Virus record (IMG/VR): IMGVR_UViG_3300027969_000063
Coordinates: 1-64,000 of that record
DNA from: a virus
Direction: 5' to 3' (one strand)
DNA: 64,000 bases
Shown here one piece after another: positions 55,920 to 64,000 of the stretch (the stretch's first letter is position 1; the number at the start of each line of letters is the position of its first letter). The position numbers were made by a program, and so were the translations under genes. Below the pieces are notes generated by a model, which saw only the letters and a list, made by a program, of their open reading frames with translations, was not told the DNA's origin and did not search any database.

Positions 55920-57179
55920 TTATCGACCAACTTGTGGTAAATATTTCGCTTTGGTATCTTCCCATGACAGGTAAATAAGGTCGTCATAGAAAAGAGTTTC
56001 GTAGGATACCGTATTCTTTTTCTGTAATTGCCGAATACGGCCTTTGGCATACTTTGTTTTCCAAATAGTTGCCAATGCTTGTTCACTGGTATCGAATGAT
56101 TTTACCAATGCCTCATCTGTAATTTCTTTACGGAGAAATTCATTGGTATTATTATAGAGCGGACTAAAATAGATACCACGTTGGTGTTCGGTACGAATCA
56201 ATTCTTTTGGTATACCAAGTTTAGAATAAGCAAAGTTCAATGAACGATTCTTATGATCACGCTTGAGTGGAAGTCCTTGTGTGTTCTTGGCTTCCCACCA
56301 TTCAAAATATTTACGAGTATGGTTTTCTTTAATCCAATCGAATACTAATTTTTTAGTCGATCTACTTGGTTCGAAAGCCACAGAACCAGAAGAAAAACCC
56401 ATAGGAGTCCAATGGTCAAGACCATCATACTGTGAGAGGCCTCCGGTTTTTGTTTTTCCATATAGTGATGTTGTAGTAACGCCGACAAGAGTGTCTCCAT
56501 ATTGCCTCTTCCAATCTGCTTGAACTGTATCAGATAAACACATCAATGCCAATAATTTACCACCCATGTAATTAAAACCAAGTGGTTGTAACGGAACGAT
56601 GGTGGATCCAATCGCTGTATGATTAATCATATGTTGTTGTGTCTTAACATCTCTCGACCATCCGATTGCATTATCTCTCGGAGTCAAGTCCAGGAAGTCT
56701 GAGGAGATACAAATAACACCAAGGTATTTACCTGTTACTTCATCTGTCAAAACATAGAATAAATTACGACCAATGTTGGAATTGTTTTTCATTGTGGATG
56801 AAAATGTACGAATGGCATTCCACTTTTCGGCATCAGGACCATTTGAAAGAACCATAACAGGTTTCAATTTCTCATAATCATCAGGTTGTGTTGGCATCCA
56901 GAAATTTGATTTCATTTTATCAACCAATTTCTTTTGTTCAGGATCAACCATCTGTGTTTCTTGGCCAAACAATGTAGATACTTCTTGAACTGGATATCTC
57001 TCTTTTACTTCACACCACTTTTGATATAAGGTATATTCACGAACATCCATTTGAGAAGCATAAGTTAAGTCCTTGATGAGGACTTCTTTCATGTTACCTT
57101 CATCGATGTGTTCAAAGATAGTGTTCTTTTCAGACCACTCTTTCCATTGTTTTTCTACATACTCAATTGGTGTTGCCAT
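55920..57179 (-). CDS. DUF4338/DruA-like protein, paralogue 2
   Basis: VPLQPLGFNYMGGKLL...TTSLYG...SQYDG. Confidence 0.7.
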   Translation of the reverse strand: MATPIEYVEKQWKEWSEKNTIFEHIDEGNMKEVLIKDLTYASQMDVREYTLYQKWCEVKERYPVQEVSTLFGQETQMVDPEQKKLVDKMKSNFWMPTQPDDYEKLKPVMVLSNGPDAEKWNAIRTFSSTMKNNSNIGRNLFYVLTDEVTGKYLGVICISSDFLDLTPRDNAIGWSRDVKTQQHMINHTAIGSTIVPLQPLGFNYMGGKLLALMCLSDTVQADWKRQYGDTLVGVTTTSLYGKTKTGGLSQYDGLDHWTPMGFSSGSVAFEPSRSTKKLVFDWIKENHTRKYFEWWEAKNTQGLPLKRDHKNRSLNFAYSKLGIPKELIRTEHQRGIYFSPLYNNTNEFLRKEITDEALVKSFDTSEQALATIWKTKYAKGRIRQLQKKNTVSYETLFYDDLIYLSWEDTKAKYLPQVGR

Positions 57180-57754
57180 TATCGTATTCTCAAACCATTC
57201 ATAATTTTATTACGCTTCTTGATACCTTGTTGTAATGCCAAAGGTTTTACTTTACTAGTATACACTATTCCATTCATGTGGTCAAGCTCATGTTGGAAAC
57301 AACGAGCAGATATACCAGAGAATGTAGTTTGTTGCCATTCACCTTTAAAGTCTTGGTATGTTACCGCAACTTCTTCTGGTCTTGTAATTCTTAATGCCAG
57401 AAAAGGATAAGAAAGGCAACCTTCCACCATGTGAACTTCCGTTTTAGAATTCAATACAATACTAGGATTGAAAAATGCCACATAATGATCACCTGAACCC
57501 ATCACAAACATTCTATATGGAAATCCACATTGATTGGCTGAAAGTCCTACACCACGATGTAGTTTACAGGTTTCTACCATCGATGATGCAAACTCAACTG
57601 GATCAACCGGTGGATTTTTAAAATCAAATTCCGGCATTACTTCACGGAGAATTGGATGTTGTTCTGATACCAACTCAAAGGTTTTAAATTGTTCAATGGG
57701 AGTATTCGGTTGTATTAACGAATCTTCTGTATTAATTTTAATTACATCACTCAT
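57179..57754 (-). CDS. def: Peptide deformylase
   Basis: GVGLSANQ, EGCLS, QHELDH. Confidence 0.95.
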   Translation of the reverse strand: MSDVIKINTEDSLIQPNTPIEQFKTFELVSEQHPILREVMPEFDFKNPPVDPVEFASSMVETCKLHRGVGLSANQCGFPYRMFVMGSGDHYVAFFNPSIVLNSKTEVHMVEGCLSYPFLALRITRPEEVAVTYQDFKGEWQQTTFSGISARCFQHELDHMNGIVYTSKVKPLALQQGIKKRNKIMNGLRIR

Positions 57755-59466
57755 TGTGCTATCCTACTAAAGTTATTATGTTTCTCGAATTTAATAATGG
57801 ATCTAAACTTATCAAACAGTTGGTCTCCTTTGTGTGAGATAACAAACACATTGGTGTCGGTTCCCATCTCATGAAGCAACTTTAAGAATTCTTCTGTACC
57901 AACACCGTCTAATGATGAATCAAATACCTCATCTAGAATTAATAGATTGGTATTGGTGGAGTTCTTCAACTTGGCAATCTGACGCCATGTAAACAATAAG
58001 GCCAAGTCAATACGCATTTTTTCACCTTCTGAAAAGTTAGCATAAGAGAACTCATCACGGTGCCTACTTTTAATTGTTTCTTCAAACGATTCATTGATAT
58101 TAAAGTTTACAAAGAAATCCATGGCAGTCAAATACTTATTAATTAACTTATTCATAATAGGTAAGTATTGACGAATAATCTTGGTCTTAATACCAGTATC
58201 TTTTAATAGATTTCCAGCAAACTCATAATACTGCTTCTCTACTGATAGTTCTTCCATCTTGCTGAGCAACACGGACAACTGTTGTTTGAGTTCCTTAAGC
58301 TTCTGATTTTCTTCCTCAACAGTATCTTTACCAATCGATAACTCATCGATTTCTTTTTGTAATTTAGTAACATAAGCATTAATTGCCGATATCGTGGAAT
58401 TATGTTTAACAATTTCATTATTATGTCCAGAAATGTGTTTGTTGATATTAATAATTTCTTCTATTCGTTGGTTTGTTTTAGCAATCTCCGCTGAGATTTC
58501 CGTAAGGCCTTCCCGTTGAGTAACGACTTTGGATTTTCTTTCGCTGACTTGTTCTGACTTGAAGTCTCCTTCAATGGTTTGTTTACAGGTTGGGCAGTTG
58601 TCGTGTTCTTCATAGAAAGCAATGTCCTTTTCATTTTTCTTAATGTTGGTTTCAATCTTTGATTCTAGTTGTAACAACTTCTTACTCTTCTTTTCCACAG
58701 AAAGTTTATCTTCAATCTTTCTTTGTAGTACATCAATGTGTTTTTGGATTAAATCCACATCTCGTTTGAGTGTAAAGATTTGGTCTATGCTATCAGCAAT
58801 TTCTTTTCGTTTCTTACCAATCTCTTCGTCACTTCTATTCTTGTGGTCCTCAATACTTTGTTTTTGGAAATTAATTCTTTCAGATGTCAAGTCCATCTCA
58901 TGTTTACTTTTAACCGAGAGGTCTTTAATTTCTGCCATCTTCTCTTTAACAACACCATTCATTGAGGAGAAGATATTAATATCCAATAAGTCCTCAATAA
59001 TTGCCCTACGATCCGCAGGAGTTAATTGCATAAATGGAACAAACGATGCAGAACCTAATATAACAACTTGAGTAAAGGATTTAAAATTTATTTTGAGAAT
59101 GAACTTCTCTAAGAACTCTTGATAGTCCTTTGCTTTGGCATCTTGGTCTAGTAGTTTATCACCAAGGTACACTTCAAATACATTTGGTTTAATACCACGA
59201 ATAACCTTATAGTTCTTTTGGCCAATGGCAAATTCAATCTCCACAACACAAGCTTGTTGGTTGATAGAGTTTAATAACTGTGGTTTGTTTATCTTACGAA
59301 ATGGTTTACCAAAAAGACCAAAGCACAAAGCATCCAGAATTGTGGACTTGCCTGCACCATTATGGCCAATGATTAGTGTATTGGGTGACTTCTGAAAATT
59401 AATTTCTGTAAAGGTGTTACCTGTTGATAAGAAATTCTTCCAACGGACTTTCTGGAATATAATCAT
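57751..59466 (-). CDS. 46: Recombination endonuclease ATPase gp46 (Rad50-like)
   Basis: GAGKST, CPTC hook, FSEGE, LDEVFD. Confidence 0.97.
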   Translation of the reverse strand: MIIFQKVRWKNFLSTGNTFTEINFQKSPNTLIIGHNGAGKSTILDALCFGLFGKPFRKINKPQLLNSINQQACVVEIEFAIGQKNYKVIRGIKPNVFEVYLGDKLLDQDAKAKDYQEFLEKFILKINFKSFTQVVILGSASFVPFMQLTPADRRAIIEDLLDINIFSSMNGVVKEKMAEIKDLSVKSKHEMDLTSERINFQKQSIEDHKNRSDEEIGKKRKEIADSIDQIFTLKRDVDLIQKHIDVLQRKIEDKLSVEKKSKKLLQLESKIETNIKKNEKDIAFYEEHDNCPTCKQTIEGDFKSEQVSERKSKVVTQREGLTEISAEIAKTNQRIEEIININKHISGHNNEIVKHNSTISAINAYVTKLQKEIDELSIGKDTVEEENQKLKELKQQLSVLLSKMEELSVEKQYYEFAGNLLKDTGIKTKIIRQYLPIMNKLINKYLTAMDFFVNFNINESFEETIKSRHRDEFSYANFSEGEKMRIDLALLFTWRQIAKLKNSTNTNLLILDEVFDSSLDGVGTEEFLKLLHEMGTDTNVFVISHKGDQLFDKFRSIIKFEKHNNFSRIAQ

Positions 59467-59684
59467 TTATTAAAGTGGTCTTTGATCGCTTCACATACCA
59501 GAACTTTACCATCATAAGATTCAGAAAGTCCTGAATGTTCTAATGTGTGTTTTCTAGCCACATCCATACAGGTATTAATAATCAATTCCGCAAAGAATTC
59601 AATTTCTTTATCGGTCACTTCACGATTGTCATATGCAATGTATAATCCAGACCTCTCAACCAATTCTCTAATTTTATTATTCAT
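59463..59684 (-). CDS. Hypothetical protein (FAELII..C)
   Basis: Coupled between 47 and 46. Confidence 0.7.
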   Translation of the reverse strand: MNNKIRELVERSGLYIAYDNREVTDKEIEFFAELIINTCMDVARKHTLEHSGLSESYDGKVLVCEAIKDHFNK

Positions 59685-60757
59685 GCTTGCTCCTGATTCA
59701 ATGCCTCAATATACAGTTCTTTTAATACCGTTTTGAGTTTGTCATTATCAATATGTTCTTCTTTAATACCATCCACAAACTTGTTAATAATCGTGATAGT
59801 ATCTTCAGCTTCATTAATCATATCATCATCCACGCCTTCTGTCAAGTCAGCAAAGTCTTCCGCAATGGTAATATCGACTGGATTGACCTTGTATAATTTG
59901 TCCATGAACCGGTCAAATAGATGTGGATTGATCTTGTTCACTACCACAACTTTCACATATGTTCCGGTATACTTTTCTAAATCTTTGGCTAACATCTCGG
60001 AAATGGTGGTTTCTTTATCATCATATGTAATACGATGAAACATTACGTTGGGGTTCTCAATAAATTCCAAATCAAGAGAACTAAGATCAAACAAATGAAA
60101 GCCCCTCGGATCATTATAATCCTGCCAGGTGAGTTCGTAAGGATTACCAAGATAACGGATATTATCCTGATTTGAACGATGATGATAGTGACCTGAAAAA
60201 ACAGTATCAAACTTTTTAAATAATCCACGGTCTAGTCCTTCTTGTGATGGCATACCACGATGCATGGCAAAGCCGGCAATTTCAAGATGTCCCATACAAA
60301 TATTAGCATCGGTATCAGACAATACAAAAATTGAATCGTCATAATTTTCTGGACAAATCCAAGGTATCATGCAAATAGGATATTTTTCATTGTCTAACCA
60401 AATTGTAGTTGGTTCATCAATTACGGAAATGTTATTATATTCTTTTAATAGTAAACGTACCGAATTAACTTCATTGGTATTTTTGAAATAGGTATCATGA
60501 TTACCTGCCAACATATGAACTTGAATGTTCCTTTTGGCCAATTCATCAAAGAACATCTCCTTGGTTCGTTTTAAGGAGTAAAAGTTTACATACTTACGGC
60601 GGTCAAAAGTGTCCCCAAGTATGAGAACAGTATTAATACCATTACTGTCAAGAGTAGGAAAGAATGTATCTTTATAGAACTTCTCATAGTAATCCAAAAA
60701 GTGGGGTGAATCGTTTCTAGCTCCGAAGTGCTGATCTGTTATTACTGCTATCTTCAT
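59681..60757 (-). CDS. 47: Recombination endonuclease gp47 (Mre11-like)
   Basis: TDQHFG, GDTFD, GNHD, SGHYH. Confidence 0.97.
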   Translation of the reverse strand: MKIAVITDQHFGARNDSPHFLDYYEKFYKDTFFPTLDSNGINTVLILGDTFDRRKYVNFYSLKRTKEMFFDELAKRNIQVHMLAGNHDTYFKNTNEVNSVRLLLKEYNNISVIDEPTTIWLDNEKYPICMIPWICPENYDDSIFVLSDTDANICMGHLEIAGFAMHRGMPSQEGLDRGLFKKFDTVFSGHYHHRSNQDNIRYLGNPYELTWQDYNDPRGFHLFDLSSLDLEFIENPNVMFHRITYDDKETTISEMLAKDLEKYTGTYVKVVVVNKINPHLFDRFMDKLYKVNPVDITIAEDFADLTEGVDDDMINEAEDTITIINKFVDGIKEEHIDNDKLKTVLKELYIEALNQEQA

Positions 60758-60888
60758 GTAGTTTAATCTCAATTACGCTGTTAATGGGACTCGAATTAGA
60801 AAACAAAGTGGCTTCAAACAAAGTTTTAAAAAATTTATAACTAACGGTTGAAGAACCATTTAAATAATAAGATACTCTGTACATTATA

Positions 60889-61455
60889 TCATTCTCCTAA
60901 GAATTTTTCAATACCTTTTGGTTTCTTTACCTCTTTTTTCTTTTCTTTGGCTTCCTCATAGTTCTCAATAAATTCTGCAATGTTATCATAGAGTTCGAAC
61001 TGTTTAGAGGTACCATCTTCAAACTCCATTAGTTCCATTTCATCAAGTATGCCCATTTGCTGTGTGGCTTTATACTTCACATATAACTGTTTCTTCTCTT
61101 TTTGGATCCTACGCAGAAAGGCATAGTAAATAATTTGAGTAAAGTAAGCAAAAGGGTTTTTGGATTTGGTAGGATCAAAGTTGCTAAAATACATTAAACA
61201 GTTTTCAATACCATCCGATATCATTTCATCACGGTAAGTATAGTTAATGAAATTGGGTTTATGTGATAGACCTTCTGCTATCTTCATGAAGCACTCACCA
61301 ATATAGTTTGGAATAGGAGGAGGTGTAGTTTTATTCTTCTTAGCTTCTTTGGATTTTTCTTGATAGTCCATCAAAGCTTGTAGAAAGTCCCCATTATTGA
61401 CATATTGTTTAGGTTTCTTTGGTGCTTTAGGTGCTGGTGTATTCATATTTACCAC
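60889..61455 (-). CDS. 55: Late sigma factor gp55
   Basis: YVNN, NFINYTY..EM..DGIE, NPFAYFTQI. Confidence 0.97.
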   Translation of the reverse strand: MVNMNTPAPKAPKKPKQYVNNGDFLQALMDYQEKSKEAKKNKTTPPPIPNYIGECFMKIAEGLSHKPNFINYTYRDEMISDGIENCLMYFSNFDPTKSKNPFAYFTQIIYYAFLRRIQKEKKQLYVKYKATQQMGILDEMELMEFEDGTSKQFELYDNIAEFIENYEEAKEKKKEVKKPKGIEKFLGE

Positions 61456-61464
61456 ATAATGTTA

Positions 61465-61493
61465 TTGACATGTGCTTGACAAGTGTGTATAGT
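61465..61493 (+). promoter_or_regulatory. Counter-strand sigma70 promoter TTGACA-17-TATAGT
   Basis: Near-consensus match in the intergenic gap. Confidence 0.55.
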
Positions 61494-61528
61494 CGAGTAT
61501 GTCCTTGGTTGAAAGTAATAAAGGATCA

Positions 61529-61909
61529 TTAATGTATGTTATGTCCATCGTATTTTAATTCGTCTAATGCTTCCATAATATCTAGGGATTCTATATCATC
61601 TAAATCGTCCATGATATCTCTTGCCTTAAGCAGCTTCTTAATTTTTTCCACAGAGTTGACATAGAACTCACAGAGGTCGTCAAGTGGTTCAAACACACAC
61701 ATAATATCTTTAGTTGATATTACCGCTTCATTCTTCTTCAACAACTGTACCGGCAACCAGTGATTCATTATCAATCCAGATTCATTATTTTTAAATTGTA
61801 TTCCAACTGTCATAGGCTCACATATAGTGAACTGGTCATCATCTTGACTAATCACGGTACCAACAATATCTTCACCATTCTGTAAGCGAACTATTTTAAT
61901 ATTATCCAT
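61529..61909 (-). CDS. Conserved Sm-like hypothetical protein (IVRLQNGEDI)
   Basis: Motif and position after uvsW. Confidence 0.75.
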   Translation of the reverse strand: MDNIKIVRLQNGEDIVGTVISQDDDQFTICEPMTVGIQFKNNESGLIMNHWLPVQLLKKNEAVISTKDIMCVFEPLDDLCEFYVNSVEKIKKLLKARDIMDDLDDIESLDIMEALDELKYDGHNIH

Positions 61910-63425
61910 TTTTTAGTCCAATCTTGTATATTTTAAATGGGAACTTCTCTTCATTATATATCTTAGTCCTATCCACAAAATGTTTCAAAGTAAAATTCAT
62001 GTGTTTTCCAACACGGAGGTCATCAGATATATCATAGAGTGTGGCTATTTCTTTGCCATCACTTTGTCGTAAGCCTCGTCCAATGCTTTGCAGAGTTCGA
62101 ATGCTCGATTTTGTTGGCATTGCAAATATAATGTTATGCAGGTTCCTAATATTAATTCCAGTACTAAAAGTACCAAAACTAGCCACAATAATAGCATCTT
62201 GTTCTATCTCCATAATTCTTCTAACTTCTTCACGGTCTGATGTATCTACACCACCATGAATAAAGAAAACTTTTCTGTTGCCAATCTTCTCTGTATCCTT
62301 TATCATATCATACAGGATCTTGCCATGTTTGTCAACCATTTGATATAGTACCAGAGTATTTTTGCCTAAGCTAACTGCAAGATTCTTAACGAATTTATTT
62401 CTTGCCTCATGCGATATCAAGTAACCAATCTCTTCAGCATATGTCATACCTTTAACTGCCTTAGATTCTTCATTGGTATGTTTTAATACAAGACATTTAA
62501 TTTCAAAGTTAGATAGCTGGTCTTTGTCGATCAGTTCTTTTGTGGAGATTACCTTCTTAACTGGACCAAACAAACCTTCTAATACTAATTTGTGTGTCTT
62601 GGTACCATCTAAGGTACCCGTAAGGCCAATACGGTATTTGGCATTAGTACAAGAAGTAAGAATAGTAGTAAGTGATTGTGCTTTAAAGTTATGTGCCTCA
62701 TCACCAATTACATAATCAAACTGTTCAAAATATTCTTTTGGCATTTTATACAAGGACTGCCAAGTGGATATTGTCAACGGTTTGTCTGTGGTCTTTTCTT
62801 TACCTTGATAGATTCGGTGTAAATGTTCTTCCATACTACCATCATTGTAATCACCAAAGTCGGAGAATAACTGTTCCACCAAAGATGTAGTTGGAACAAT
62901 AACAAGGCCTTTTAAGTTTTGGTATTTCCAAAGTTGTCTAAAGATGAGGTAGATAATAAGGGATTTACCTGAAGCTGTTGGAGATAATAGTAACGCTCTT
63001 CGCTTCTGCATTGCATGAACATAGGCATTGATTTGGTGTTCTCTAACTTCAATTGGTTCGCCACGAGCATGTGGGTTAATTTCTGAGATAAATTTCTTTG
63101 CATGGTATATCGAGTATTCACTTTCTATATCTAAATCATTTTGACATTCATATGTGTAACCTCTTGATTCACAAAACTGTTGGATATAATCCAATAGACC
63201 CAAATACAACTGTGATGTTTGTAAGTTGTATAATCTTATTTTGCCATCCCAAATTTTATTTCGGAATGCTGGAACAAATTGGTAACCAGGAACAAAGAAC
63301 GTAAAAAACTCCGATAACTCTCGAGCAATATGCTTCTCGCAAGTTATCTTGGCATATACTTCATCCTTTTTGGAGATTATTATATTACTGTCCGCCAATG
63401 AACTTTTCCCATCCAATAAAATCAC
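61902..63425 (-). CDS. uvsW: SF2 helicase UvsW (start may be TTG near 63398)
   Basis: PTASGKS, DEAH, TGT, QSIGRGLR. Confidence 0.96.
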   Translation of the reverse strand: MILLDGKSSLADSNIIISKKDEVYAKITCEKHIARELSEFFTFFVPGYQFVPAFRNKIWDGKIRLYNLQTSQLYLGLLDYIQQFCESRGYTYECQNDLDIESEYSIYHAKKFISEINPHARGEPIEVREHQINAYVHAMQKRRALLLSPTASGKSLIIYLIFRQLWKYQNLKGLVIVPTTSLVEQLFSDFGDYNDGSMEEHLHRIYQGKEKTTDKPLTISTWQSLYKMPKEYFEQFDYVIGDEAHNFKAQSLTTILTSCTNAKYRIGLTGTLDGTKTHKLVLEGLFGPVKKVISTKELIDKDQLSNFEIKCLVLKHTNEESKAVKGMTYAEEIGYLISHEARNKFVKNLAVSLGKNTLVLYQMVDKHGKILYDMIKDTEKIGNRKVFFIHGGVDTSDREEVRRIMEIEQDAIIVASFGTFSTGINIRNLHNIIFAMPTKSSIRTLQSIGRGLRQSDGKEIATLYDISDDLRVGKHMNFTLKHFVDRTKIYNEEKFPFKIYKIGLKNG

Positions 63426-63819
63426 GCAACTGCCAAGTTCTTTGTTTTAATTCATTCATAATAGATTCGATCACAGATACCGTTTCTTCATGATATACTT
63501 TCTTTTCTAACATACGAATAAGGTCATCATCACCTTCCAAGTAAGCATTGATATCCGATTTCAAAACAAACTGAAACGGTTCCCATCCATGTTCTTTTAA
63601 CTCATCGGCATCCATACGGCCAGAATAATAGTTAATCTTTACCTTACGCATACGCAAATAATCAAAGTGTGCCTTTTTAGAGGCAATCTTATGTTTGGTA
63701 AGAATGGAGAGGTACTTGTTGTGTAGAGTGGGTATCTTGATGAGTTCTTTACCAGGTTCGGTTTGGTCCATCTCTGCATCTTTTTCCCAATACTTTAATA
63801 CTTGTTCTAAGTTTTCCAT
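63385..63819 (-). CDS. uvsY: Recombination mediator UvsY
   Basis: IP.LH.KY, YYSG, C-terminal W.KF..G; synteny. Confidence 0.9.
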   Translation of the reverse strand: MENLEQVLKYWEKDAEMDQTEPGKELIKIPTLHNKYLSILTKHKIASKKAHFDYLRMRKVKINYYSGRMDADELKEHGWEPFQFVLKSDINAYLEGDDDLIRMLEKKVYHEETVSVIESIMNELKQRTWQLRDFIGWEKFIGGQ

Positions 63820-63849
63820 AATATAATAAAAAAGTTATCCTAAACCTGT

Positions 63850-63878
63850 ATAATATCACATATACATTACGTTGTCAA
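63850..63878 (-). promoter_or_regulatory. sigma70 promoter TTGACA-17-TATTAT for uvsY
   Basis: Motif seen in sequence. Confidence 0.65.
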
Positions 63879-63881
63879 TAC

Positions 63882-64000
63882 TTAAACACTTTCAAATTCA
63901 AAATAATCAAATATAAAAGTGGCATCTGCCGTCATGATGTCATCTGCCGATTGAGAACTATCAAAAATAATATCCGATAGACTAATTGGGAACATGTTAA
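63882..64000 (-). CDS. 3: C-terminus of tail completion/terminator gp3 (partial)
   Basis: FPISLSDIIFD...TADATF..DYFEF; upstream of uvsY as in many T4-like phages. Confidence 0.65.
   Translation of the reverse strand, partial: NMFPISLSDIIFDSSQSADDIMTADATFIFDYFEFESV

Noticed and set aside
58622-60038. Plus-strand ORFs opposite 46/47
   Set aside because: Antisense shadows of conserved core genes
1-64000. CRISPR array, integrase, transposase, reverse transcriptase or stop-codon recoding
   Set aside because: No regular repeat-spacer array or such motifs seen; core genes are full-length in the standard code

Overview
A 64-kb AT-rich segment of a T4-like (Tevenvirinae-like) myophage genome, almost all on the minus strand. 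The host is probably a Gram-negative aquatic bacterium (inferred from the GH19 endolysin, spanins and proteobacterial-type IscU/ErpA). From left to right: (1) 1-13.7 kb, small early/accessory ORFs under sigma70-type promoters, four of which share a TGTTG-N8-CAACA palindrome; (2) rnh, denA, an nrdA-iscU-erpA-nrdB operon and primase gp61; (3) a lysis cassette with an o-spanin embedded in the i-spanin gene; (4) a late cluster whose proteins carry T4-like capsid-targeting N-termini, including a KxDG ligase-like enzyme and a nucleotidyltransferase/P-loop kinase fusion with an overprinted basic gene; (5) a sugar/glycosyltransferase island; (6) the replication core (41, uvsX, 43, regA, 62, 44, 45, 46, 47, 55, uvsW, uvsY, partial 3), with two DUF4338/DruA-like paralogues, GroES, Hsp20, a transporter, a 2OG-Fe(II) oxygenase, a DUF5664 dNTPase and peptide deformylase. 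The RNA cluster holds a canonical tRNA-Gly(TCC), a non-canonical tRNA-Gly-like RNA and a third CCA-ended structured RNA. The best candidates for an undescribed system are the dedicated Gly-tRNA-like RNAs (possibly with the DruA-like pair), the putatively packaged ligase + NTase/kinase module, and Fe-S assembly genes inside the RNR operon. All family calls come from motif recognition by eye; no searches were run.
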